This document shows, one piece after another, positions 24,221-35,119 of a stretch of DNA of 35,143 bases. Location: contig CAJFCJ010000082.1 in assembly GCA_904063045.1 (NCBI GenBank), positions 56,056 through 91,198 of the forward strand, given 5' to 3'. The notes below the pieces were generated by a model. It ran no database searches. It was given only the letters and a program-made list of their open reading frames with translations, and was not told the origin of the DNA. The position numbers were made by a program, and so were the translations under genes. The DNA comes from Dimorphilus gyrociliatus (taxonomy: Eukaryota > Animalia > Annelida). The first letter of the stretch is position 1. Each line of letters begins with the position of its first letter.

Positions 24221-25553
24221 GTCTGCAAATGAACACTTTATATTTCTTCGCAATAAATACAGAGGGCGCTGATAATAAAAAAAAACCACTCACAAAAAAT
24301 CTATTAAATTTGTTAATGAAATTGGGTTGAAAACTGGTATTGTTTTGTACTTAGAGTGGCTTATAGTATATTTGTACATATTTAGGTTGTTAATGTACAC
24401 TGAACACTACTCTCACCAACATACTATACACTTTTGGCATACACTCAAATTGTTACATATCATTCATTGATAAAACTACAATATTGTAGTACAAGTGTTG
24501 AGCAGTGGTCTACATTCCCAATCTACAACTTGGACTATTCTTTAAACTACTTCTAACTTCAAATATTAAACTAATGAACATATACATAATATCTAATGAA
24601 TATTAGTTGTATCTGCTCTATTAAATCTCAAATCTCCAATACTTTATAATAGATATTTAATTGTTGGAATAGCCAATCTACATATAACCAGAGTATAAAA
24701 TGGATAAGCAGCTTATTAATAAAAAATATGGCGATTGCGATGACTCTTCTTCCTTGCTGCTGCTATTGGAATCATTTCCTGTATCTTTACCATCCTGCTT
24801 TATTGTCAAAGCTCTTCTTTTTGCATTTCTATTATCCTTTTCTAGTCTGATTTTCTTTTTCTTTTCAATAGATGATTTGGAACAAAGGCTGCCTCTGATT
24901 CTTTTAGACTGTAGCGTTTAACTTTTCTTTATCAACTGTGATTAGATTGTGAAGTAACCTCTCTTCCTTACCATGATCAGGAAATGATAAAAATTTACGC
25001 AAGCCAAGAACCAAGATTAGCCTGTCTGGATTTTTGTTGTTTTGATATGGAACAAAAGTTGTTCTATGTTACATTTTAAATAGCTGACCATTGAGGCACG
25101 GGACGGGTGCAAATCCACCACAAAAATCTGATCAAGATGGAAGAGTTACAGTTAACGCGAGACGGAATAAAAATGTATTAAAAAATTCAACTCAACTATC
25201 AGTTTTGGCAATTTGCCAAAATTCAATTTATATTAAAAAGTTTAATCATTATTTCCCTAATTTAATATCCTTATCACTCATTAATAATAAGTAACATTCC
25301 TTATCCTTACTTTCTTAAGTATTTCAGTCTGGATGCCATTTTTAATTTTAAGTTTGTGTATGTCAATTATGAAGTCATCCTTTGTTATTATTCTCTCTCT
25401 CTCTCAGTCCTTTTAGATTATTTTCATAGCAGCCTTATCTATTAGATAATTAGATTAATTAAGATTTATTAGTCTTTAAACTATTATTGGTCAAATACAT
25501 ATGCCACAGTCAGGAAAATTCACTCACTATTGACCCAGTCATAGTGTTATTAG

Positions 25554-28223
25554 GGGGTCGGGTCAGAACGCCCCAGGTCAGTACGCCCCAGGTCAGAACG
25601 CCCCAATTTTGGGTCAGAACGCCCCATTCTTGATTTTGAACGCCCCACTCATGAGTCAGAACGCCCCACTCTCTTTAGAGAATTATAGAAAACAATGCTG
25701 AGAGAAAAATATTCTTATATACCAGTTATTATAAATATTTTTACCAGTTTTTTTTTTATCAGTTTATTCTCAGAAATTGTGTTGCTTAAATATAATTCAT
25801 CTTAGTATAATTAATTTTTTTGCTGTTAATGTCTCACTGAAAAAAGGAGGATGAATTTAAAAACTTGTTGGAAATGTATGAAGAAGTTTCATTGGACTCA
25901 AAAGAAGTTTAGATGCAAATTATGTAGGCACTTTTACCATGCTAAATGTTCAAATAGTAAGATTTTATTCTTTAATATTTCTTTTCTATTTAACCATTTC
26001 CTCAGATGCAGATTATTGTATAGACTGTTTTAATATAAAAAACAAAAAGCTAATTGTTAAAATAAAAAAGCTGGAAAACAAAAAATCACCAACATGTTCA
26101 AAAGTATTTGGAAATGAAACTGTTAGTGAAAGTTCAAGTTCCGAACAGGTACAAAATATTTAACAAATATCTGTTAAAAAAACTATTTAATGTTTTACTA
26201 TAGCTGAGGTTATCTTTTGACTTTGAATCTAATTTCCCTGATGTTTCAAGTACTCCAGGGAATAATGGAATGGAGAGTTGTGATAAAGATATTGATATTG
26301 ATAATGATGGAATTTCAAGAGAAGATCAACATCAACCTGCTAAAATTGTTACAGAAAATAGTCCAGTTGTAAGAAGAATTGATATAAATAATGAATCTTC
26401 TTTTAATGATACAAGAGAGCTTTGTCTAAATGATAATTTAAAACATGATTTTGAAATATTTAAGAATGGGAGCAGAAAAGGAAAAGATATTCTTCTTCAC
26501 AATAATTTTACTTATACTGTAAAAAGATCAAGTGAAACAACCATTACCTGGAAATGTAGTCAAAGAACTAAAAAATCACCATGTCTTGCATCTGTAATTC
26601 AAAAAGATTTAAAGTTCATTTTGAAAAATTCTAATCACATTCACAAAAGAGAGAAAAATGATATGAGAAAAATTATTGAAGCAAGGTTAAATTTAAAGGA
26701 AGCTGCAATTATTGATAAAGACAAATCTGGTAAAAGAATTGCAGAAGATATCAGTCTGAAGTTCAGAAAGGATATTTCTCATATTCCAAGCATTGATGTC
26801 ATGAAAAGATCTGCTAATAGATACAGAGAAGGTGCCAGACCAAAGCACCCAGAAAACATTATGTTTGAATTAAATTTAAATGAAATTCCAGATAATTTTT
26901 TCTTAAAAGATATAAAAGGGAAGAAAAGCCGAAACATGATGTTTGCAACTGACCATCAAATTAAATTATTGAAACATTGTAAGATATGGTTTATTGATGC
27001 CACATTTAAAATTGTGAGAAAACCTTTTTACCAATTGTTTACAATTCATGGATTTATAAGAAAAGAAGGTGAATATAAACAAGTTCCTTTAATGTTTGTC
27101 CTCATGACAGGAAAGAAGAAGAAACATTATTCATTGATATTTGAGGTTGGCTTTCTAAAGTAAATATTTGAGTAAAAATTCTAAAGATATATTTTTCTTT
27201 ACAAGGAGTTAAAAATCTTAATAGATGGAAAAAGCCCAAAAAAGTTTGTTCTTGATTTTGAAAAAGCTCTTTGGATATCTTTAAAAAATGCTTTTGTTGA
27301 TTCTGATCTACAAGGATGTGCTTTTCATTTTAAACAAGCAATTCTTAAAAACATACAGGTAAATTAAAGTAATTATAACAATTCTGTTACAGATTTAATT
27401 TGTGAAATTAAGAAATTAACAAATACAAATTTTCTTTTTAGAAATTAGGATACATCAAGGACTATAAAATGAAAGGTTATAAAGGAAATGTGTTAAGAAA
27501 ACTAATGTGTCTAGCATACTTACCAGCATCATTCATCAAACAAAAGTTTTATCAAATTAAAGAGGAACTTTTGGAACTGAATTTATATGCTGATCTTCTT
27601 GAGTATATGGAATCTACTTACATTGAAAGCAATATTTGGAAACCAGAAAATTGGTCAGTTTATAAATTAATAGTTCGTACAAATAATCATGTAGAGTCTT
27701 GGCACACAAGAATCAATCAAAATTTGAAAAGCAATGAAAACTTTTATACTCTTATCACTGAACTTCATAGAGAAAGCAGCCTTATTGAAGTTTATGAGGA
27801 TATGTTGGTGGAAAATAAAATGAGACAGAATCAGAAGAATAAATATAAAGATTTGCAGGATATTATCTTTGAGTTGTGGAAGAAGTTTGAAGTAAGAGAA
27901 TTAAGTTTAGATAATCTCTTAAAGGGTTTAATTGACTTGAACATTGCTTGAAAAATTATTTCTTTTTTTGTGATCACTTATTATATTTGTTTAAGCTTTT
28001 GTACTTTAAGACAAAAAATACATTATGCATATATATTTTTATATTCAATTGACTTTTTTTAATTTAATAAGTACAGCATTAAAAAATATTATGTTCTTCA
28101 AAAATCAGTGGGGCGTTCTGACTCATGAGTGGGGCATTCGAAATCAAGAATGGGGCGTTCTGACCCAAAATTGGGGCGTTCTGACCTGGGGCGTACTGAC
28201 CAGGGGCGTTCTGACCCTAAGCC
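25554..28223 (+). mobile_element. Intact, probably autonomous MULE (Phantom-like) element, 2670 bp
   Basis: 117-bp TIRs (25554-25670, 28107-28223) made of ggtcagaacgcccc units. Direct repeat GTGTTATTAG at 25544-25553 and 28224-28233: a 10-bp TSD, or 9 bp if the left end starts at 25553. Confidence 0.95.
25851..27951 (+). CDS. MULE DDE transposase with N-terminal PHD-like finger and FLYWCH domain, 5 exons, 617 aa
   Basis: Exons 25851-25956, 26006-26148, 26204-27145, 27206-27358 and 27442-27951; GT-AG, phase-compatible, no internal stop (1854 nt). Motifs: CWKC-x12-CKLC-x4-H-x2-C...CIDC; FLYWCH FTY...TWKCSQR...C...HIH; WFIDATF; VLDFEKAL; GCAFH; RTNNHVESWH. Confidence 0.93.
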
Positions 28224-28458
28224 GTGTTATTAGCTTTCATAAAACACAAGAATTATGTCTATTGGACTTTGCCACATCCTCTTACTAAACATAGACTAGA
28301 GCATTCATCAACTGCAAATTGATGATTGGATAACATCAACTAACTGAAGAGTCTAAAAAACTCTTGCAGTTTTCATTCTAATCAGCTATCCCTATCTCTA
28401 TCTCTACCTCCCAATCTGGCCAGTTTCAAAGCATATTTTTTATACACGGAAAATTGAA

Positions 28459-28653
28459 AGTTGCGACAGAAAACGTCCTGAAACCCTAACCCTAACCTAG
28501 CCCTTGTCATTTCTTTACCATGTTTATCACCCATAACCCTTAGATGGGTTGTCCTTAAGTACAGATGAGTGGCCGTCTTATTCCTCTTAACCATATTTCA
28601 ACCCAAAATCTTATCCCGAAATATGTCATCCGAGGACATTTTCTGTCGATCCC
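28459..28653 (+). mobile_element. MITE copy D (best preserved, 195 bp)
   Basis: Ends agttgcgacagaaaacgtcc and ggacattttctgtcgatccc match the outer MULE TIR. Internal ccctaaccctaacc. The flanking 9-mers aaaattgaa / gaatttgga match 6 of 9, a possible decayed TSD. Confidence 0.85.
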
Positions 28654-28746
28654 GAATTTGGATTGTTTGTAACAATAACGTTAAATCTCAGTTCAAAATT
28701 GAACTAATTGTATTTATTACGATTATGCTGAATGCGTGTTTTGTGT

Positions 28747-30865
28747 TTATTTATAAAAACTAATTTTTTTGATATTAGCAATATTTTCAAAAGGATGAAC
28801 AATAAGTTTCTCTTCAAATGAATTACATACGAAAATTGATTTTCCTATTGGAAAAAATGAGCTTCTATAGCTGCACAGTTGTCTTGATAACCCGCTAGCG
28901 GAGGCAACACGCGTTGTTACTAGCATGTTCTTGTTCAATTCATCGCCGATAATTTCAACAACGTGAGGAATGTTGGCAGTCCATCCAGAAGACTTTGTCA
29001 AGCTAATTTCTCGTTGCGATAAGGAACAGGTATCGGAATCTTAAAAAACAGAAAATGAACACAAATTATCTAGTATTTCTCAAAAGAAATATGAATATTA
29101 TATCTTATTATATAACTACAATCGTAAGTCATCAATGTAAGTCCATGAAGGTCAATTTCGGAAATTTCATGAAAATCTGTAAATTCTAATACAACTTTTT
29201 CCAGTAAAGATATTGAAAATTGTTGACAAACAGTATTGATTGATTTAAAACTGTAGAAAAATTGGTGTGTAGTTGTATTACCAGTTAACAAATCCTCAAG
29301 AGTTATATAAGGATTTTGTATCCATTTAATATTCTTATGTTTCACTGGTAAAGGTGTTCAACAAAGGGGTTGAATAAATGTTATGTTTGATATCAACGAT
29401 ATGTTTATACTCACTTGTCAGACAAACGTGGTTTAAGAGTGATGAGTTGAAAGCAATAATCAAATTGGTATTGTAGCTAATCGACAAAGAATTTGAAGCG
29501 TAATAAATATTGTCGGTTAATAAATTCAAAGTACCACTATCTAAATTTGTTCCATTGATAAGAATTGATTGAATATTTTCTTTACGAGATAATCCCTGAG
29601 CTTGAATGAGAAAAAAAAAAGAAATCAATGATGTTTGTTTTTTAAAATGGTTTTTTTTTTTACAATATGTAAACGTTTTTTCTCTTTCTTTTCCATAGAT
29701 AACAAGCTCAGTTAGTTCAAAAATTGAATTGGCCGAAGGCTTTGATCCTATATAGATATATCTACCGGATAAATCGATATTGCACTTTTTGAAAACAGCC
29801 TCGTATAATCCTTTATCACTTAGAAAGTTGTTGTGGAAACACATCTTATAAGTCATATGTGTGAATGTGTCTGGAATATGTTTAATATTAACAAAGGTTC
29901 TTTGAAGACTCTTTGAAGTTACTGAAAGAATACGTTTTTAGTGGAATTAGATTAAAAATCTAAAGAAATTACATTCATTTAAGCCGGGAATTAACAAAAC
30001 TGCAACAATTTGAGTTAGAGTTGGTAGACGAACCATAATATATGGTTTATTAACGGATATTTCCGCTTGATAATAAGTACTGTAATCGTTATCAATCGCC
30101 TTATTGAAATGTCTCTGCGCACTGGAAAATGCTACACCGTACAGATCATTCGATGTCATTTTTAATGCAGAATAATCTGGAAAGTTTAATTAATGTTTTG
30201 TTTAATCAATTACTCATCGAATACTTTCAACCTCTATCTTTTACAAATGTACCAGACACTTTAACGTCGCACAACTGCAAATCAGCCCCATTCTGTTGGT
30301 GTTCAATATACACAAAAGACCCAACTATTGCGGGACTACACCCAAAACACTCGTAATCGTTTGCAGTTGTTGACATTGGTATTTTTATTGACGAAGATAC
30401 AGTTGCGCATATTTCGCCTTCCATCGGAAAATTTGATACTTTAATGACGAAATTAGTGAGGTTCGCAGCTAGAAATGAGAAATTTATTATTTACATTTCA
30501 TCAAAATCAACTTAATAAATCGTATTCAACAGACCATCCGGTATATTTCCATTCAAAATGCAAACTTTTTCAACACTATACACCTTCTCCAGATCAACTG
30601 TCCACCAGGCTTTCTCTAGAATTTGGTTCGTTTTCGAGCATTTAATAGGCTAAAAAAATAGGTTTACAATCATCTTTTAGTAAAAGATATTTCTTTTCTA
30701 TCTTTTCAACAAACATCATTAATTTCAATTGTACTATCAGTAGCCAAACTTGCAATATTTGGATAAGTTGTTGTGCTCTGGAACGTTAATTTATTCCTTG
30801 CAATATCATCTTCTCCATTCACAACAACTAAAATAGCTGAAATAAAATGTGTAACGAGTGTAAAA
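28747..30865 (-). CDS. Multi-exon secreted F-type lectin domain protein
   Basis: Hydrophobic leader IFTLVTHFISAILVVV; DIARNKLTFQSTT...ASLATD; CSKT...AWWTVDLEKVYSVEKVCILN; LTNFVIKVSN...ICAT...LQLCDVKVSG; later repeats (FNKAIDNDYST; LSGRYIYI...FELTELVIYG). Start codon and 3' end not resolved. Confidence 0.75.
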
Positions 30866-31584
30866 ATGATATTTTAACAATTTCAACCTGCAGTAAGAAA
30901 CCAAAATTCGCTTTTACTAAACTTATTGGTAGTCATCGTTTACCAGGCGAATGAAAAAAAATGGAAAAAGTGTATTTGTACTCAGTAATGGGGGTTTTTA
31001 ATTCAATAAGATCTTTATTAGACGATTTATTGGAATATTGGCTCTCGCTACCAAGTGATATGGAACAGAAAAGTACAAAAGGGCATTCAAGATTCTACAA
31101 TAGAAAGAAGAATTCTCTCAAAAACAAAACAGCCCTCTTTTTTTTTTTTTATTATTCATCATTTAGGAAAATCAACTGTAATGTTGATCCGATTTGATTG
31201 TTTCTCCTATTTTCGTTCAGAAATAATTGATTTCTTCAATACAAAAGGAAATATATTGAAGAAACGCAACAGAGCAATTTTTCTTCGAAACAAGCTCTTT
31301 TCCTTAAAAGAATACGTTATAGCCAATGGATTTTAACGATTAATCAGCTATAGAACATTTCCTGTATTCATTTACGCAGTGAATTCATGTTTTTGCACAC
31401 GAATTTGTAACTGGCATAGGCCTATAATAGTTTGAAACATAATAAAATATATATAAAAGTTTTTTAGAATGGCAAAATAGTCAATAGAAATAAAAATTGA
31501 TTCCAGAAAACATAAGATTTTTTTTTATTTTTCAGAAAGAGATAAATAATATATTTCATAAAGAGTGCTGCAATGAATAAACTA

Positions 31585-31600
31585 TCTCTCTCTCTCTCTC
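31585..31600. repeat. (TC)8 microsatellite
   Basis: tctctctctctctctc read directly. Confidence 0.8.
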
Positions 31601-31813
31601 ATTTGACTTTTGTATATAAATAAGTAATTTTTAAATAAGTCATCTATACATTTATTCAGTTTTTTATTTTGAACAAGTATTTGATTATTCAATTAAAATG
31701 AAATATTAAATATCTTCTTTGCTTATTAACTGGAAATATTTTCTATATTATTTTGCAGGGGAAGATGATGCGTTAAACACGTCATAGATTATTTCCACTT
31801 GGATATCTCAACT

Positions 31814-34800
31814 ATGATAAGTTTATTACTAGTCAAAATCTCTTTCTTCTTATTCGTATCATTTAAAAGCTCAGGTTAGTGCTGTTGAAAAAAAGTCATA
31901 AAGTAATTTGTACGAAAATAGGTCAACAAATTCATCTTTATTCTTTTCTATTTTTGTGTAGAATGCTCTTGTACAACTGATGATGACTGTTCGAATTTTG
32001 AACAATGCTTATTAGGAAAATGTTCATGCCAACCGCAATATGGTCAGGAAATTTGCGATGATAGTAAGGAGCCTTAAATACCGTATTCCTTCTCGTATAA
32101 TAATTGTCTAATTGAATAGGCGAAAATCTAATTTTGGACAGAAACAAATTCATCAGCAACGGACCGGTAGCCAATGTTGTGACACGTTCCGTTTATCAAT
32201 GCTATTCGACTTGTGTAACTATTACTCTTTTTGATTGTGTTGGATTTTTATTTAATGATATTAATGGCGGAACTGTCAGTTGTAAGCTTTATACAGAAAT
32301 ATCTCAATTAACTTTCAATTCAGACTTTTCGTTGATTATTCGAAAAAGTATAAAAAAAAAATAATATTCAAAGAAACGTTTTAATCCAAACTCAATAAAA
32401 AATTTTTCTAAATCTAAAACAGACAAAAAGTTAGGAGTTTGCGGAACAGATGATAATCAACTACCGCTATTCCATGAGTGTTATCATCTCTTATGGAATG
32501 GAAATGGTTGTTTTTCAAAACGGTTTAAAGTTGAGCCCGATCACCATCAATCAATGACTGTTTCGCAATTTGACAACTACGCAAAAGACGTATTTGAGAA
32601 AGCTACGGAGAAATTCGCTAAGGATTCAAATTCGAAATTTTATAGATTAATCTGCTTTGAACACGCAGATGGAAATGAAACGAACGTAGCATTCTATAAT
32701 GACAAAATTGAATACAAAGGGAAATTTAACAGCCCTTTACTCGATCCAAAACACGTTGTAGACGGTTTACATCACAGTAATATTAAATTGGGTTCGTGTA
32801 CAATATTACAGAGAGAGGGAGCTGAACAACCCCAAATAACAGTCTATTTAAAAGGGATGCATATCATTAAAAAGATTATCCTATGGCCAACCGAACAACA
32901 AAGTTAGAAAAGTAAAAGTTTAAAGCCTTTTTCTATTAATCATTCAAAGTAAATTTCAGCTACTCAACTATTGAACATTTACATGAATACAGAAAATAAT
33001 TTCTGCTCCGAAGATAACGACGATATTCTATTAGAAAACAATTCTTCAACTAAAATCCTATGTACAAATTCAAAGCAGGAGAGAAGTTCCAGCGTAACTG
33101 TTGTTGAAAAACAACAAGAATTTCTACATTTATGCGAAATTGAAGTGTTTTCAAGTAAATGCCAACAAAGTGAACAAACAAACAAACAAAATGAATGCTT
33201 ATTGTTCTTTTTCAATTACAGATAACATAGCCTATTTAAAAGGAGTCATTAACAAATATACATATTTAAAATTGTTTACATTAGCAGATGGTCATTCAGC
33301 TGTCATGAGAACTGTCTCATTGGGACAGCAGTATTGGGTTGCAATCAATCTATTTGCTTACTATAACGTTTTTGGTATAGATTTCGTAATACGGACAAAT
33401 TATCCCCTGCTCTCTAACACATTTCGCGTTGAACTGACCAATGAAAATCCTTATTTAACATATAACTCGTCAAAATATAGTTTATGCGGAGAAATAACAA
33501 GCTCTACTACAACTTATACTTTGTATACAGAAAGATTTTATTCACTTTTATGCCCTAAGGGAGGGGTTAAAGGTCAATACGTTGTGCTTAGATTAATTGG
33601 GTCATCCATTGTTCAGTTTTCTATTGGTGAAGTTGAAGTTTTTGGCAATTATTTAAGACACTCTGATCAGCAAAATACTAATATATTGTTACACAAGCCA
33701 GTATGGGCATATTCTGTTCATAGTTATCGTTTCCCACCTCAAAAACTAACAGATGGTCTATACGACATTTTCTATCATTCTGCTGACGTAGCAAATACAA
33801 AAGAATGGACAAGAATTGATATGCTTGCAACGTATACAATTTTTCAAATGGCAATTTTGAACAGAGATGAAGACTGTATAGTTTATTTTAAAATATTATC
33901 ATATAATGTCATCTATCTTATGTCTCTTTACAGTACACACAAGAGCAAGACATATCAATGGATTTGTGGCAACTTTCCAAGAATTTAGCCTAGATGAACA
34001 ACTTTCTCATTCTGAAAAATGCTTTAGCAATAACGAAGGTTTTAACAGCGGAGAATATAGACTATGGGCGTGCGAAACACCATTTCCGGTTGGCCGATTC
34101 GCCATCCTATTTCTTGATGAACTAGAAGTTATCAATATTGTTGAAGTAGAAGCCTATGGTCAAGAAATTGTAAATGATGATATGGCTCTTTTACCAATTG
34201 TGAATATTGATAGAAGTAGTAATGCTAATAGTATTCCTGGAAAGGAAGAAAGTGCCCAATATCCTATAAAGGTTATAGACGGTTTGGCCTTGAACACCTT
34301 GGAAACTGGATTTTTATCATGTTCTGGAACTTTGACAAGCAGCAACACTGAAGGTAGAATGACTATCTATTTGGAGAATCAGTATATGATAAATCAAATA
34401 GGTATTCTTAGGCCTTATGATGCACCTAGAGGTTGATAATATTGTCTTATTCATCCATTAACTAATTTTTTTTGTCTTTTACATTCTATTTAGAAAATTT
34501 TGAAAATATTCAAGTTGCAGTTGAAATGATCTTGAATTTAAATATTTCACAAAGACAAATTTGCTCAAGTTTAACAAATGCTTTAAGATACAACTTAACA
34601 CAATTACTATTCAAGTGTCAGTATATTGGTGACAGAGTATCTCTTTACAAAATTGGAGGAAATCATATTATGCAACTATGTGAAGTTTATATTTTTGGTA
34701 AAAAAGAACCCATTGAAAACAGTAACTTGAATCATTCTTTTGCCAGTGTTAGATATTCAATAGACACTTCAACAATCTATTCAAATTCAATTTGTAATAA

Positions 34801-35119
34801 TTACTCTCCTACTCAACATTATTTTTTACAATTACCAGTTTATCATAAAATTACTGCTGTTGGCTTTCTTTTAAGCAAGAGTGTAGATTTTCAATCAGGC
34901 CTACAGATTTTCGGTGTAGCTTACGGGATGGAGATACTATGCACAAATCAAACTATGTATAATCTACATGTTGACAATCCAACAAATTTTACATTTCATT
35001 GTAAAGAGGAAGTGGTTGCAAAATATTTAAGAATTACCTCACAAGTGAAAACTAATCACACCTGTAATTTTTATGTTATCAGTAAAGGAATTATTGACAA
35101 TAGTTCAGGTTGGAGATAG
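31814..35119 (+). CDS. Secreted protein: signal peptide + EB/EGF-like module + PAN/Apple + tandem F-type lectin domains (3' end may lie beyond the window)
   Basis: Exon 31814-31874 MISLLLVKISFFLFVSFKSS; exon 31962-32063 CSCTTDDDCSNFEQCLLGKCSCQPQYGQEIC; exon 32120-32347 SVYQCYSTC...CVGFLF...SCKLY; all phase-1 compatible. FTL motifs LHLCEIEVF, KGQYVVL...IGEVEVFG, NILLHKPV...KLTDG...WTRIDM...ILNR, VGRFAIL...IVEVEAYG, MQLCEVYIFG. Confidence 0.8.

Noticed and set aside
24009-24272. Antisense ORFs over real exons (also 6032-6361, 7127-7366, 11662-11961, 16048-16374, 17327-17545, 31938-32174, 34160-34348)
   Set aside because: Shadow frames opposite better-supported coding sequence.
24700-25200. Lys/Arg-rich minus-strand stretch resembling a pogo transposase tail
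   Set aside because: Low-complexity similarity only; no DDD motif or TIR.
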